46,097 bases of DNA from an uncultured Clostridia bacterium. GTDB lineage: Bacteria; Aerophobota; Aerophobia; Aerophobales; B3-G15. Made by a program: the position numbers and the translations under genes. A model generated the notes under the pieces. The model worked only from the letters and a program-made list of their open reading frames with translations, searched no databases and was not told the DNA's origin. Shown in pieces: positions 8,518-17,923 of this stretch (position 1 is the stretch's first letter; every line of letters begins with the position of its first letter). The stretch covers positions 1-46,097 of the forward strand of contig CAZGDY010000002.1 in the NCBI GenBank assembly GCA_964524965.1, given 5' to 3'.

Positions 8518-9971
8518 ATTTATTAATTGGCATTGATATTGGGACTACGCGGGCTAAAGGAGGAGTCTACAACGAAAACGGTCGTCTCCTTGCTCGGGCT
8601 GAAACAAGTTATCCAATGACCACCGAACGCTTTCCCGCCTCCGTTGACGAGGACCCCCTGGACTGGTGGAGTGCAGTGCAAAAAATAGGCAAACAGTTAA
8701 TGTCTAATTATCAGTCCGAAAATATCAAAGGTATTGCGGTGGGAAGTCAAGGACCTTCTTTAGTGATTTTAGATAAATACGGCCAACCGATTCGAGATTC
8801 TTTAATTTGGATGGATCATCGGGCCCTCCAGGAGGCAAAGGAGCTTTCTTCCAACCTGGGCCAAGATATTGATCCGATGATGATTATACCTAAGTTGCTC
8901 TGGTTAAAAAAACATGAACCGGATAACTTCAATCGGATAGCCTGGGCTTTTCAGCCACTGGATTACATTAATTACCAGTTAACCGGAGAAATTATAGCCT
9001 CTCTTGCCTCTGATGACCTTCGGCTATGGACGGATGATGTTTTAAAGGTGAGCGGAATTCACAAAGAGATTTTTCCTCCTGTTTATAAAATGGGAAAAGT
9101 AGTCGGCACGGTTACAAAAAAGGCTTCTCGTGAAACGAGTTTTCCCATTGGTGTTCCCGTTTTCTCCGGGACCGGGGGAGCTGATTTTATTGAAACCCTG
9201 ATTGGCACAAATACACTCCAGCCAGGTAGAATCTGCGATCGTGGAGGAACATCTCAAGGAGTAGATTTTTGCTGGCCTAAAGCTATTACCGCAGGCGGTT
9301 TGTTCTGTATTCCCCACCCAATAATCCAGGGCCAGTATCATATCGGGGGATTAATGACGACAACCGGCAAGGCTCTGCAATGGTATAAAGAATGTTTTTT
9401 CCCGAAGGAAATTTCCTATGAAACAATCCTTAAAGAAGCAAAATATTCCCCACCGGGTGCACGAAAACTCATTTTTCTGCCCTATCTAGCAGGAGAACGG
9501 ACTCCTTGGTGGGACACAGAAGCTCGTGGGGTCTTCTTGGGACTCTCCACGATTCATGAGAGAAAAGATTTATTACGGGCTGTCCTGGAGGGTGTTGCTC
9601 TGGGAATTGGTCAAATTATAAATCTCATTCGGGCCGGGGGAGGAAAACCAGTTGAAATTAGAGCATGCGGGGGCCAGGCACAAAGCCCTCTCTGGAACCA
9701 AATTAAAGCGGACGTAACGGGAATACCCGTTTTAATCCCCGAGAATACCGAAATTTCAACACTGGGAATGGCCATCATTGCCGGCTGGGGAGCAGGTGTC
9801 TACGAAAATCTAGTCCAAGCAGCCAACCATCTGGTCAAAATAACCCGCGTATTTGAGCCTCAAAATGATAATCATAATCTTTATCAAGAACTACTTGAAG
9901 TATATGAAACATTGTATCCAGCCTTGAAAGATAGTTTTCATCGCATGGGGCAAATCGATATACCAGGGTAG
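8514..9971 (+). CDS. FGGY-family carbohydrate kinase (xylulokinase-like)
   Basis: N-terminal IGIDIGTTRAK, central GGADF and C-terminal CGGQAQSPLWNQIKADVTG are FGGY signatures. There is a 4 nt overlap with the upstream gene. Confidence 0.85.
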   Translation: MNLLIGIDIGTTRAKGGVYNENGRLLARAETSYPMTTERFPASVDEDPLDWWSAVQKIGKQLMSNYQSENIKGIAVGSQGPSLVILDKYGQPIRDSLIWMDHRALQEAKELSSNLGQDIDPMMIIPKLLWLKKHEPDNFNRIAWAFQPLDYINYQLTGEIIASLASDDLRLWTDDVLKVSGIHKEIFPPVYKMGKVVGTVTKKASRETSFPIGVPVFSGTGGADFIETLIGTNTLQPGRICDRGGTSQGVDFCWPKAITAGGLFCIPHPIIQGQYHIGGLMTTTGKALQWYKECFFPKEISYETILKEAKYSPPGARKLIFLPYLAGERTPWWDTEARGVFLGLSTIHERKDLLRAVLEGVALGIGQIINLIRAGGGKPVEIRACGGQAQSPLWNQIKADVTGIPVLIPENTEISTLGMAIIAGWGAGVYENLVQAANHLVKITRVFEPQNDNHNLYQELLEVYETLYPALKDSFHRMGQIDIPG

Positions 9972-10035
9972 AAATTAGATAAAAAAAATAAATAAGTAAT
10001 TCGGATAACTCCGAACAGTACAAAGAGGTGAGCTG

Positions 10036-10836
10036 ATGAATTGTGGAAAACAACTTAGAATGAGAAATATTTTCAGGAAAGATGGTCGAGCCCTAATCGT
10101 AGCCATGGACCACGCCGCTATTGCCGGTGCTATGGGGGCGCTTCAGGACCCGGCAAAGATCATCGAAAAAATAGCTTCGGGAGGAGCAGACGCTATTCTT
10201 ACCACCCGTGGAATGCTGAAAAAAGGATATCCTGCCATCCGGCGGGGAATGGGAACGATCCTGCGAATATCCGGTGGATTTACCTTATTGACCGAACCAG
10301 CCCGGTTTTACGATCGAATCATATCATCGGTGGAAACCGCACTACGCTGGGGAGTGGATGCCGTGGGGATTACAATTAAATACGGGCATCCGAGCGAAGG
10401 TACTTTTATTGAACAAGCCTCCAGAGTTGCAGATATTTGTAATGAATGGGGAATGCCGCTTATGATTGAGGTTATGACTCAAGGAGAGCAAGTGGGAAAA
10501 CTGGGATCTAATCTTGCCTCGTCAATTGCCTGTCGTGCTGCTTTTGAAATCGGCGCTGATTTTGTTAAAGTCAGCTATCCGGGTCAAAAGAAAGGATTCC
10601 GACAGATGGTAAAGGAGTGTCCGGCACCTCTGGTCATTTTAGGAGGCAAAAAAATAGATTCCCAAGAACAACTGCTGACGATGGTTAAAGAGTCCATAGA
10701 AACAGGCGGAAAGGGTGTGGCTATAGGACGCAATATCTGGGGAAATCCAAATCCAACACAGATAATCGAGATTCTTAAATCTATTGTTCACGGTAACAAT
10801 GTAGATAAATCGTTAAATCCCGAAACAACTGAATGA
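10036..10836 (+). CDS. class I aldolase of the DhnA/FbaB/LsrF (COG1830) family
   Basis: ALIVAMDHA near the N-terminus, a Schiff-base-lysine context GADFVKVSYPG, and a C-terminal GVAIGRNIW phosphate-binding motif. Confidence 0.75.
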   Translation: MNCGKQLRMRNIFRKDGRALIVAMDHAAIAGAMGALQDPAKIIEKIASGGADAILTTRGMLKKGYPAIRRGMGTILRISGGFTLLTEPARFYDRIISSVETALRWGVDAVGITIKYGHPSEGTFIEQASRVADICNEWGMPLMIEVMTQGEQVGKLGSNLASSIACRAAFEIGADFVKVSYPGQKKGFRQMVKECPAPLVILGGKKIDSQEQLLTMVKESIETGGKGVAIGRNIWGNPNPTQIIEILKSIVHGNNVDKSLNPETTE

Positions 10837-12020
10837 ATATTTCAAGGCATACCTCATTTTACAGGTGGGTTATTCTCGCCTTTATCTACTTCAGTATGCT
10901 GGTAGTGACCTTTGTAATCCAGATTATTCCACCCATGCTTCCGCAAATTGAGCAAGCATTACATTTAGACAAGGGCAAGGGGGGTCTTTTAATGGGATTG
11001 GTTTCTCTTCCGGGACTTATCCTAAGCATTTTTAGTGGCTCTCTTTCCGACCGATATGGCTTCAAACGGGTGGGGAGTTATTCACTTTGTCTGATTGTGG
11101 GAGGCGTTTGGCTTATGTCCGTTAGTGGAAATTTTGGTATCTTATGCGCAGGACGGATTATTTCCGGAATTGGAGTGATGGCTCTGGTTATAGCCTTACC
11201 TCATTCTCTTGTTTACTGGTTCCAAAAAGGGAATATCGGCTTAGCCATGGGAATATTTAATACCGCTCTACCCTTAGGTACGATCCTGTCTTATTCATTT
11301 GTGGGTGATTTAACTGAGCTCTGGGGTTGGAAAATGATCATTCGACTCGTTGCTATTCTGGCAATAGTAAATTTAGTTCTACTTTTTTTGATATATCGCC
11401 CTTTAAAAAAAGAACAGAGCCAGTCGGTGTCCTTCTCCATAAGAAAAATTTTTCGTAATATTTATCTTAATAAACCAGTTTGGTTATTGGCTATAATCTG
11501 GATGCTTTACAATGCTGCTTTAATGGGATTTTCAACTTTTGGCGAAGCTTATTTCAGTAATCTGGGATTTTCTTTGGCAAGAGCAGGGTTTCTTACCAGC
11601 ATTGGTACCTGGGGAGGATTAATTTTCAGTCCGTTTGCCGGGTACATTTTAGACAAAGGGGTGAAAGGCAAATGGTTTTTGTTACCAAGTTGTTTGGGAC
11701 TGGTTTGCGCATTTTCCCTATTTGCTTTTGGACATTATTCACTTGCTCTCTCACTCGCACTCCTCGGTATCGCTGCGGGTTTAATTCCGGCGCCTGTTTA
11801 CTATCTATTACCTAAAATTGTGTCTCCAAAAAACATCGGGCTGGGATATGGAGTGGTGATGACCGGTCTTAGTATTGGGGTGTTATGCGGGCCTTGGTTT
11901 ACGGGTTGGGTGAACAACCACTGGAATACTTTTTCCGCTGGCTTTATTTTGATGGCGATATTCTCTCTCTTAGCTGCTCTTGCTTGTATCTTCTTTAACC
12001 CCCAGAAAAAACTAACATAA
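10833..12020 (+). CDS. MFS transporter
   Basis: About 12 predicted hydrophobic helices and the MFS loop motif GSLSDRYGFKRV between TM2 and TM3. There is a 4 nt overlap with the aldolase gene. Confidence 0.8.
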   Translation: MNISRHTSFYRWVILAFIYFSMLVVTFVIQIIPPMLPQIEQALHLDKGKGGLLMGLVSLPGLILSIFSGSLSDRYGFKRVGSYSLCLIVGGVWLMSVSGNFGILCAGRIISGIGVMALVIALPHSLVYWFQKGNIGLAMGIFNTALPLGTILSYSFVGDLTELWGWKMIIRLVAILAIVNLVLLFLIYRPLKKEQSQSVSFSIRKIFRNIYLNKPVWLLAIIWMLYNAALMGFSTFGEAYFSNLGFSLARAGFLTSIGTWGGLIFSPFAGYILDKGVKGKWFLLPSCLGLVCAFSLFAFGHYSLALSLALLGIAAGLIPAPVYYLLPKIVSPKNIGLGYGVVMTGLSIGVLCGPWFTGWVNNHWNTFSAGFILMAIFSLLAALACIFFNPQKKLT

Positions 12021-12095
12021 GAGATTACTTTTAGTTGTTAATCAAAGTTTGAATGGGACACCTTTAAGATTTAGGTGACACCATTAGGAAAAGGG

Positions 12096-12131
12096 TTGAC
12101 AAATCATTAATTGATACTATAATAGTATCAA
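12096..12131 (+). promoter_or_regulatory. consensus promoter overlapped by a perfect 10-1-10 palindrome (probable Rrf2 operator)
   Basis: TTGACA (12096-12101), a 16 nt spacer, then TATAAT (12118-12123). The palindrome TTGATACTAT-A-ATAGTATCAA spans 12111-12131, and the ATG is at 12133. Confidence 0.6.
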
Positions 12132-12132
12132 T

Positions 12133-12567
12133 ATGCAGTTACTAACAAAACAAACAGATTACGCTATAAGGGTGTTAATTTACCTGGCTTTAAATAAAAA
12201 TGGCTTTATTGGTGCAAGTAAAATATCGGAAGGAGAAAGAATTCCCTACCAGTTTTTGCGAAGGACACTACAAGTATTGTCTAAGAAAAACCTTGTTGAA
12301 TCAAAAAAAGGAGTAGGAGGAGGGGTCAAAATAAAAGCCAACCCCAATAATATTCGTATAATCGATATAACCAAGCATTTTCAAGGTGATATTGAGTTAT
12401 CATCTTGCATGTTCAGAAGAAAATTGTGTGAAAACCGCAATAAATGTGTATTGAGAGCAAGATTAAGAAAAATAGAAGATATCATAACCCAGCAATTTGA
12501 AAATATAACCATTGCCAGTTTAATTAATGATATGAACAAAATAAAGAACGAGAAGGAGTCAAAATGA
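12133..12567 (+). CDS. Rrf2-family (IscR/NsrR-like) transcriptional regulator
   Basis: The N-terminus [19 protein letters not shown] is the Rrf2 winged-helix start. The three-Cys motif C-x6-C-x5-C ([16 protein letters not shown]) sits at the usual Fe-S ligand position. Confidence 0.85.
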   Translation: MQLLTKQTDYAIRVLIYLALNKNGFIGASKISEGERIPYQFLRRTLQVLSKKNLVESKKGVGGGVKIKANPNNIRIIDITKHFQGDIELSSCMFRRKLCENRNKCVLRARLRKIEDIITQQFENITIASLINDMNKIKNEKESK

Positions 12568-14225
12568 GTATGCATTGTTTTCAATGTCAGGAAACAGCTA
12601 AGAATAAAGGATGTACAGTGAGAGGAATTTGCGGAAAGAAGGAAGAGACAGCAAATTTGCAGGACCTTTTAATTTATGTACTAAAAGGTATTTCCATTTA
12701 TGCCTTAAAAGCAAAAAGATATGGAATCAGTGAGAAAAAAACAGGACTGTTTATCGCCCAAGCTCTCTTTGCTACTATAACAAACACTAATTTTGATGAG
12801 AACAAAATCAAAATTCTCATTAAGCAAGGATTAGGTATCCGGGAGGAGTTAAAGGCAAGATTTATAAGTGCTTATAAAAAAAAGAAGGGCAAGGATTTTT
12901 CAGAAAAATTACCTGATGCTGCAACCTGGTCCCCTGATGAGAACAATGGGTTTTTGAATAAAGCAAAAAGCGTCGGGGTTCTTTCTACTGAAAATGAAGA
13001 CTTTAGATCTCTTAGAGAACTTTTGATATATGCTATAAAAGGTATCTCTGCTTATCTAGACCACGCTGCAAGACTGGGATTTGAAAAAGAGGAAATATAT
13101 GATTTTATAGTTGAAGGATTGGAGTCTACAACCAGAAAGCTTGCTATCGATGATATGGTAGGATTAGTCTTAAAAGCAGGTGAAGTTGCAGTTAATACCA
13201 TGGCCCTTCTTGATGAAGCAAATACTTCTACTTACGGGAACCCGGAAATAACAAAAATAAACATTGGCACCAGGAATAACCCTGGTATTCTTATTTCAGG
13301 ACACGATCTCAAGGATATGAAAGAGTTACTTGAACAAACAAAGGGAACAGGTATAGACGTATACACTCATGGCGAAATGCTTCCAGCAAATTGCTATCCA
13401 GTTTTCAAGAAATATGAACACTTAGTCGGAAACTACGGAAATAGTTGGTGGAAACAAAATTCGGAATTCAAATCCTTTAACGGCCCCATACTAATGACCA
13501 CAAATTGCATAATTCCGGTCAAAGATTCTTACAAAGACAGAATATTCACTACCGGAATAGTGGGTTACCCTGAAGTCAAACATATCCCTGATGGATCAAA
13601 TGGAAAACAGAAGGATTTTTCTGAAATTATCGAACTAGCAAAAAAATGTGCTCCCCCCCTAGAAATCGAAAAAGGATATATTAACGGAGGATTTGCCCAC
13701 AACCAATTGCTGGCCTTATCCGATAAGGTCGTGGGAGCAGTCAAAGAAGGTGCTATAAAACGCTTTATTGTTATGGCCGGGTGTGATGGTAGGCATAAGG
13801 AAAGAAATTATTATACCGAGATTGCCCGCAATCTGCCAGAAGATACTGTGATATTAACTGCAGGCTGCGCCAAATACCGTTACAACAAGCTTAACCTTGG
13901 CAATATAGGAGATATTCCCAGAATCCTTGATGCGGGGCAGTGTAACGACTCATATTCACTCGTGGTTGTTGCTCTCAAACTCAAAGAGGTCTTTGGTCTT
14001 GACTTAAACGAGCTTCCCATATCTTTTGATATTGCTTGGTACGAACAAAAAGCTGTTACTGTATTAGTTGCATTGCTTTATTTAGGGATAAAAGGGATAA
14101 GACTTGGGCCAACTCTACCAGCATTTTTATCTCCCAATGTAGTAAAAGTACTCGTTGAAAAATTCGGGATTAAACCAATTGGACAAGTAAAAGAAGATAT
14201 CGAACTAATGCTTAGCGGCAGGTAA
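12564..14225 (+). CDS. hcp: hybrid cluster protein / hydroxylamine reductase
   Basis: N-terminal CFQCQET..GCT..GICGK cubane-cluster motif. 553 aa, with a collinear C-terminal GCDG / CAKYR / GQCNDSYS hybrid-cluster ligand region. Confidence 0.95.
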   Translation: MSMHCFQCQETAKNKGCTVRGICGKKEETANLQDLLIYVLKGISIYALKAKRYGISEKKTGLFIAQALFATITNTNFDENKIKILIKQGLGIREELKARFISAYKKKKGKDFSEKLPDAATWSPDENNGFLNKAKSVGVLSTENEDFRSLRELLIYAIKGISAYLDHAARLGFEKEEIYDFIVEGLESTTRKLAIDDMVGLVLKAGEVAVNTMALLDEANTSTYGNPEITKINIGTRNNPGILISGHDLKDMKELLEQTKGTGIDVYTHGEMLPANCYPVFKKYEHLVGNYGNSWWKQNSEFKSFNGPILMTTNCIIPVKDSYKDRIFTTGIVGYPEVKHIPDGSNGKQKDFSEIIELAKKCAPPLEIEKGYINGGFAHNQLLALSDKVVGAVKEGAIKRFIVMAGCDGRHKERNYYTEIARNLPEDTVILTAGCAKYRYNKLNLGNIGDIPRILDAGQCNDSYSLVVVALKLKEVFGLDLNELPISFDIAWYEQKAVTVLVALLYLGIKGIRLGPTLPAFLSPNVVKVLVEKFGIKPIGQVKEDIELMLSGR

Positions 14226-14311
14226 GCCAGAATTAGGGGAAAAAAGTAAAAAACCCGGTAAAAAAATTACTTTTACTAAGCTAACAGTACAAATAAAGGA
14301 GGTATTCTCTA

Positions 14312-14575
14312 GTGTATAGGTGTCCAGGTAACGATGGGCGTTTTCTAAGAGTGGAGATACGGAAGTGCCTTAATTGTGGTTATGAGGTAGAGATATTTTC
14401 CGATGAAATAAAAGTAAAATGCCCAAAATGTAAAAAAGAAGTGTATCGAGAAAATACTCCTTCCTGTATTGACTGGTGCCAATATGCAAGCCAGTGTATC
14501 GGAGAAAAACGCTGGCAGGAATTAAAAAAAATTATGAATGAGGAAACAAAAAAAGAAAAATTCAAAGGAGGCTAA
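14312..14575 (+). CDS. small cysteine-rich zinc-ribbon-like protein, function unknown
   Basis: GTG start with AAGGAGG 8 nt upstream. 87 aa with 9 Cys (CPG..CLNC..CPKC..C-x3-C-x5-C) and a Lys/Glu-rich tail. Confidence 0.5.
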   Translation: MYRCPGNDGRFLRVEIRKCLNCGYEVEIFSDEIKVKCPKCKKEVYRENTPSCIDWCQYASQCIGEKRWQELKKIMNEETKKEKFKGG

Positions 14576-14614
14576 TTTTTGCAATTTATTTCTTGTAAAG
14601 ATAGCTAAAAAACC

Positions 14615-15310
14615 ATGGATAAAAAAATTCTTTATAAAATTAGTTACGGAATATACCTGATTAGTTCCAAAAATAAAGATAAATTTAATGGACAAATTGC
14701 CAATACAGTAATTCAGGTTACAGCAGAGCCTCCTAAGCTTTCTGTTTGCATTAATACAAAAAACTTAACTCATCAATTCATCGAAAAAAGCAAGGTGTTT
14801 AGCGTATCCATTTTAGAGCAGAATACACCAATGAAATTTATTGGACATTTTGGTTTTAAGTCAGGCAGAGAATTCGACAAATTTAATAAAATGAATTATA
14901 AATTAGGAAAGACAGGCGTTCCTATTGTTATTCCAAACAGTCTTGGCTATATTGAATGTGAGTTAACAGGAAACATAAATGTGGGCACCCATACTATTTT
15001 TGTGGGAAAAATTGTTGATGCCCAGATAATTAAAGAGGGAGACCCGCTTACTTATGCCTATTACCACCAGGTAAAAAATGGCAAATCACCAGAAAATGCT
15101 CCCACATATATTAAAGAAGAAAAAATAAAATCAAGGGAGGAAAAGAAAATGGAAAAGTATGAGTGCACTATTTGTGGTTATGTGTATGACCCCAAAAAAG
15201 GCGACCCTGATTCTGGAGTTTCACCGGGAACTTCTTTTGAGGATTTACCCGATGACTGGGTCTGTCCTGTTTGTGGGGCGGGAAAAGATGATTTCAAAAA
15301 ACTGGACTGA
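14615..15310 (+). CDS. flavin reductase-like domain fused to rubredoxin (high-molecular-weight rubredoxin type)
   Basis: N-terminal FMN-binding split-barrel pattern (YGIYLISS...NTVIQVT..P). The C-terminal 50 aa form a canonical rubredoxin ([12 protein letters not shown]...[15 protein letters not shown]). Confidence 0.8.
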   Translation: MDKKILYKISYGIYLISSKNKDKFNGQIANTVIQVTAEPPKLSVCINTKNLTHQFIEKSKVFSVSILEQNTPMKFIGHFGFKSGREFDKFNKMNYKLGKTGVPIVIPNSLGYIECELTGNINVGTHTIFVGKIVDAQIIKEGDPLTYAYYHQVKNGKSPENAPTYIKEEKIKSREEKKMEKYECTICGYVYDPKKGDPDSGVSPGTSFEDLPDDWVCPVCGAGKDDFKKLD

Positions 15311-15313
15311 GAT

Positions 15314-16498
15314 ATGGCATCAAATGAGATCAGAAAAGACATCTACTGGGTTGGTGGTATAGATTGGGATATCAGAAATTTTCATGGTTACCTAACACAG
15401 CGAGGTACCAGCTATAACGCCTATCTAATCCTTGATGAAAAAGTTATACTGGTAGATACTGTCAAACATTATCTATTTGATGAAATGCTTAACCGCTTAA
15501 AAAAGATAATTGACCCTGCTAAGATTGATTACATATTATCAAATCATGTGGAGATGGACCATTCCGGCTCTATTCCCAAAATGCTTGAGTTAATACCCAA
15601 TGCCAAAATTATAACATCGATCCAGGGTGAAAAAGGTTTGCGTAGACATTATAAACAGAACTGGAACTTTCATGTAGTTAAATCAGGAGACAATTTAAAC
15701 ATCGGAAAACGAACACTAACTTTTGTCCATACACCAATGGTACACTGGCCCGATTCTATGGTAACTTATCTTTCGGAAGAAAAGCTTTTATTTTCGAACG
15801 ATGCTTTTGGACAACACATCGCTAGTTCCGAACGATATGACGATGAAATTGGTTGGGATATTTTAAAAGAAGAAGCCACTAAATACTATGGCAACATCGT
15901 GATGCCCTTTGGAGATCAGGTAAAAAAAGCGATAAAGGCACTATCTCAGTTAAATATCGATTTGATTTGTCCAAGCCATGGGATAATTTGGAGGTCTTTT
16001 ATACCAAAAATTCTTGAAGAATACGGTAAATGGTCAAATTACGATACAGAAAATAAAGCACTGGTTGTGTACGATTCTATGTGGGGCTCAACAGAAAAAA
16101 TGTCCTATAAACTCAGAGAGGGCCTTGAAGAAGTGGGTATCCTTACCACAATGAGAAATCTCAAGACAAATCACATCTCTGATATAATAACCGATCTTCT
16201 CACTTCTAAAATGGTGCTCATCGGATCACCCACTCTTAATAATGGGTTACTCCCATCTGTGGGTAGTTTTCTCACTTACATCAAAGGGTTAAGGCCTAAA
16301 AAGAGAATCGGGTTCGCCTTTGGTTCCTACGGTTGGGGTGGACAGGCAGTAGCTGCCGTTGAAGATGTTATGAAGAGTCTTAGCTGGAATATTCCTATAG
16401 AGGGCATTAAAATTAACTATATACCGGATAGAAAAGAATTATTAAAGATAAAGGAAATTGGAAAGAAATTGGGTAATCACATTAACTACAAACTATAA
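15314..16498 (+). CDS. fprA: flavodiiron protein (A-type, O2/NO reductase)
   Basis: Metallo-beta-lactamase-like domain with the diiron motif HVEMDHSG, followed by a flavodoxin domain (ALVVYDSMWGSTEKM). 394 aa. Confidence 0.9.
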   Translation: MASNEIRKDIYWVGGIDWDIRNFHGYLTQRGTSYNAYLILDEKVILVDTVKHYLFDEMLNRLKKIIDPAKIDYILSNHVEMDHSGSIPKMLELIPNAKIITSIQGEKGLRRHYKQNWNFHVVKSGDNLNIGKRTLTFVHTPMVHWPDSMVTYLSEEKLLFSNDAFGQHIASSERYDDEIGWDILKEEATKYYGNIVMPFGDQVKKAIKALSQLNIDLICPSHGIIWRSFIPKILEEYGKWSNYDTENKALVVYDSMWGSTEKMSYKLREGLEEVGILTTMRNLKTNHISDIITDLLTSKMVLIGSPTLNNGLLPSVGSFLTYIKGLRPKKRIGFAFGSYGWGGQAVAAVEDVMKSLSWNIPIEGIKINYIPDRKELLKIKEIGKKLGNHINYKL

Positions 16499-16636
16499 TT
16501 TAAAAAAGAGGTAAGATGCGTACAAAGTTCTAGATTAGAATCAAAAACATTCAGATAAGAGGATATTGAATGCTACACTATCCATAATCTTTAGGTTACT
16601 TAAGGTTGCAACCAACAAAAAAAGGAGATAATAATT

Positions 16637-17212
16637 ATGAAAAGTTTGCAAGGAACAAAGACGGAAAAAAATATTTTGACAGCGTTTGCCGGCGAGTCTC
16701 AGGCAAGAAATCGGTACGTGTTTTTTGCCTCAAAGGCAAAAAAGGAAGGATATGTTCAAATTTCTAGAATTTTTCAGGAAACAGCTGGTAACGAAAAGGA
16801 ACATGCAGAACGGCTTTTCAAATTCCTAAAAGGTGGTGAAGTACAAATTTCTGCCTCTTTTCCTGCCGGAGTAATTGGAAACACCAGTGAGAATTTAAGA
16901 GCAGCGGCAACTGGTGAAAATCATGAACATACATCTATGTATCCAGAATTTGCTAAAATTGCCAAGAAAGAGGGATTTCCCGAAATTGCAAAAGCAATGG
17001 AGGCAATTGCAACAGCAGAAAAACAACACGAAAAAATGTATCTTGGCCTTTTGGAAAACATAAAAAAAGATCAAGTTTTTAAAAAAGATATTATTGTGAA
17101 ATGGAAATGTGGCAATTGTGGTTATATGCATGAGGGAGAAAAAGCTCCTGAGGAATGTCCTGCTTGTGATCATCCACAGGCATATTTTGAGCTTTTAACC
17201 GAAAACTGGTAA
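16637..17212 (+). CDS. rbr: rubrerythrin
   Basis: Diiron ferritin-like domain (GESQARNRY, EKEHAE, GENHEH, EKQHEK) plus a C-terminal rubredoxin-like CGNCGY...CPACDHP. RBS AAGGAGA. Confidence 0.95.
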   Translation: MKSLQGTKTEKNILTAFAGESQARNRYVFFASKAKKEGYVQISRIFQETAGNEKEHAERLFKFLKGGEVQISASFPAGVIGNTSENLRAAATGENHEHTSMYPEFAKIAKKEGFPEIAKAMEAIATAEKQHEKMYLGLLENIKKDQVFKKDIIVKWKCGNCGYMHEGEKAPEECPACDHPQAYFELLTENW

Positions 17213-17380
17213 TACAGAGGGATTTTTCTTTCTGGAGATGCTGATTCGGAGACCATATTTTATTAGCTTATTAAAAGATTCCTCTCGGTTTTTCTTGAGA
17301 TTTATTTGAGTCTGCCAAATACTTTATAACTCTAATTCATTTTGTTCAATTTTAAGAACTCGCTCCAAAAAAAGAAAAAA

Positions 17381-17410
17381 GGGAGTCAAAACAAACTTGA
17401 CTCCCTTTTT
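17381..17410. terminator. bidirectional intrinsic terminator
   Basis: GGGAGTCAA, a 7 nt loop, then TTGACTCCC (a perfect 9 bp stem). An A-run lies on the 5' side and TTTTT on the 3' side. It is 33 nt past the stop of the minus-strand 104 aa gene and 170 nt past rbr. Confidence 0.8.
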
Positions 17411-17437
17411 ATGGTTTTCGATAGTAGTACTTTTTTA

Positions 17438-17752
17438 TTACTTAATGAATATCTCATCACCACTCTTATGATCTATGAGAGGATGATGATCAAAACGCAC
17501 CACACCGATTGGTATTTTGCCTTCTACAGCTTGAGCAACTCGGGCAGTACCAATATTGCCAAAACCAGCGCAAAGCTCGATAACCTTTACTCCCTGTTCA
17601 ACTAATTCCTTGCTAACTTTTTCTGCTTGCTCGTAATCCTTAACACCAACAACCATCAAGGCACGTTCAGGATTTGTAGATATAATTGCCCGATGTTTTT
17701 CCGGGTCAGCCCCCGGCGACACAAACATAAATACCGCTCCTATCTCTGCCAT
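17438..17752 (-). CDS. conserved-looking small protein of unknown function
   Basis: 104 aa. RBS AAGGAGG lies upstream of ATG 17752, with a terminator downstream. The alternating beta/alpha pattern (VFMFV..., MVVGV..., VIELCAGFG) suggests a small alpha/beta fold. I cannot name a family with confidence. Confidence 0.5.
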   Translation of the reverse strand: MAEIGAVFMFVSPGADPEKHRAIISTNPERALMVVGVKDYEQAEKVSKELVEQGVKVIELCAGFGNIGTARVAQAVEGKIPIGVVRFDHHPLIDHKSGDEIFIK

Positions 17753-17923
17753 AATTTACCTCCTTTGAGTTTTTGGCAGTACAACTTCCCATTAAATATT
17801 GTACAATTCTAAGCAACATCATCCCTATTTAAGAGATTTTAACTTAATTAATACTCTTGATGAAATTTAAACTGCATCTCTTTGATAAGAAGGATAAAGA
17901 TAGTACTTTTTTCTTAAGATTTT

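Noticed and set aside
17342-17605. 87 aa plus-strand ORF after rbr.
   Set aside because: It reads straight through the strong bidirectional terminator (17381-17410) and then runs antisense to the better-supported 104 aa gene.
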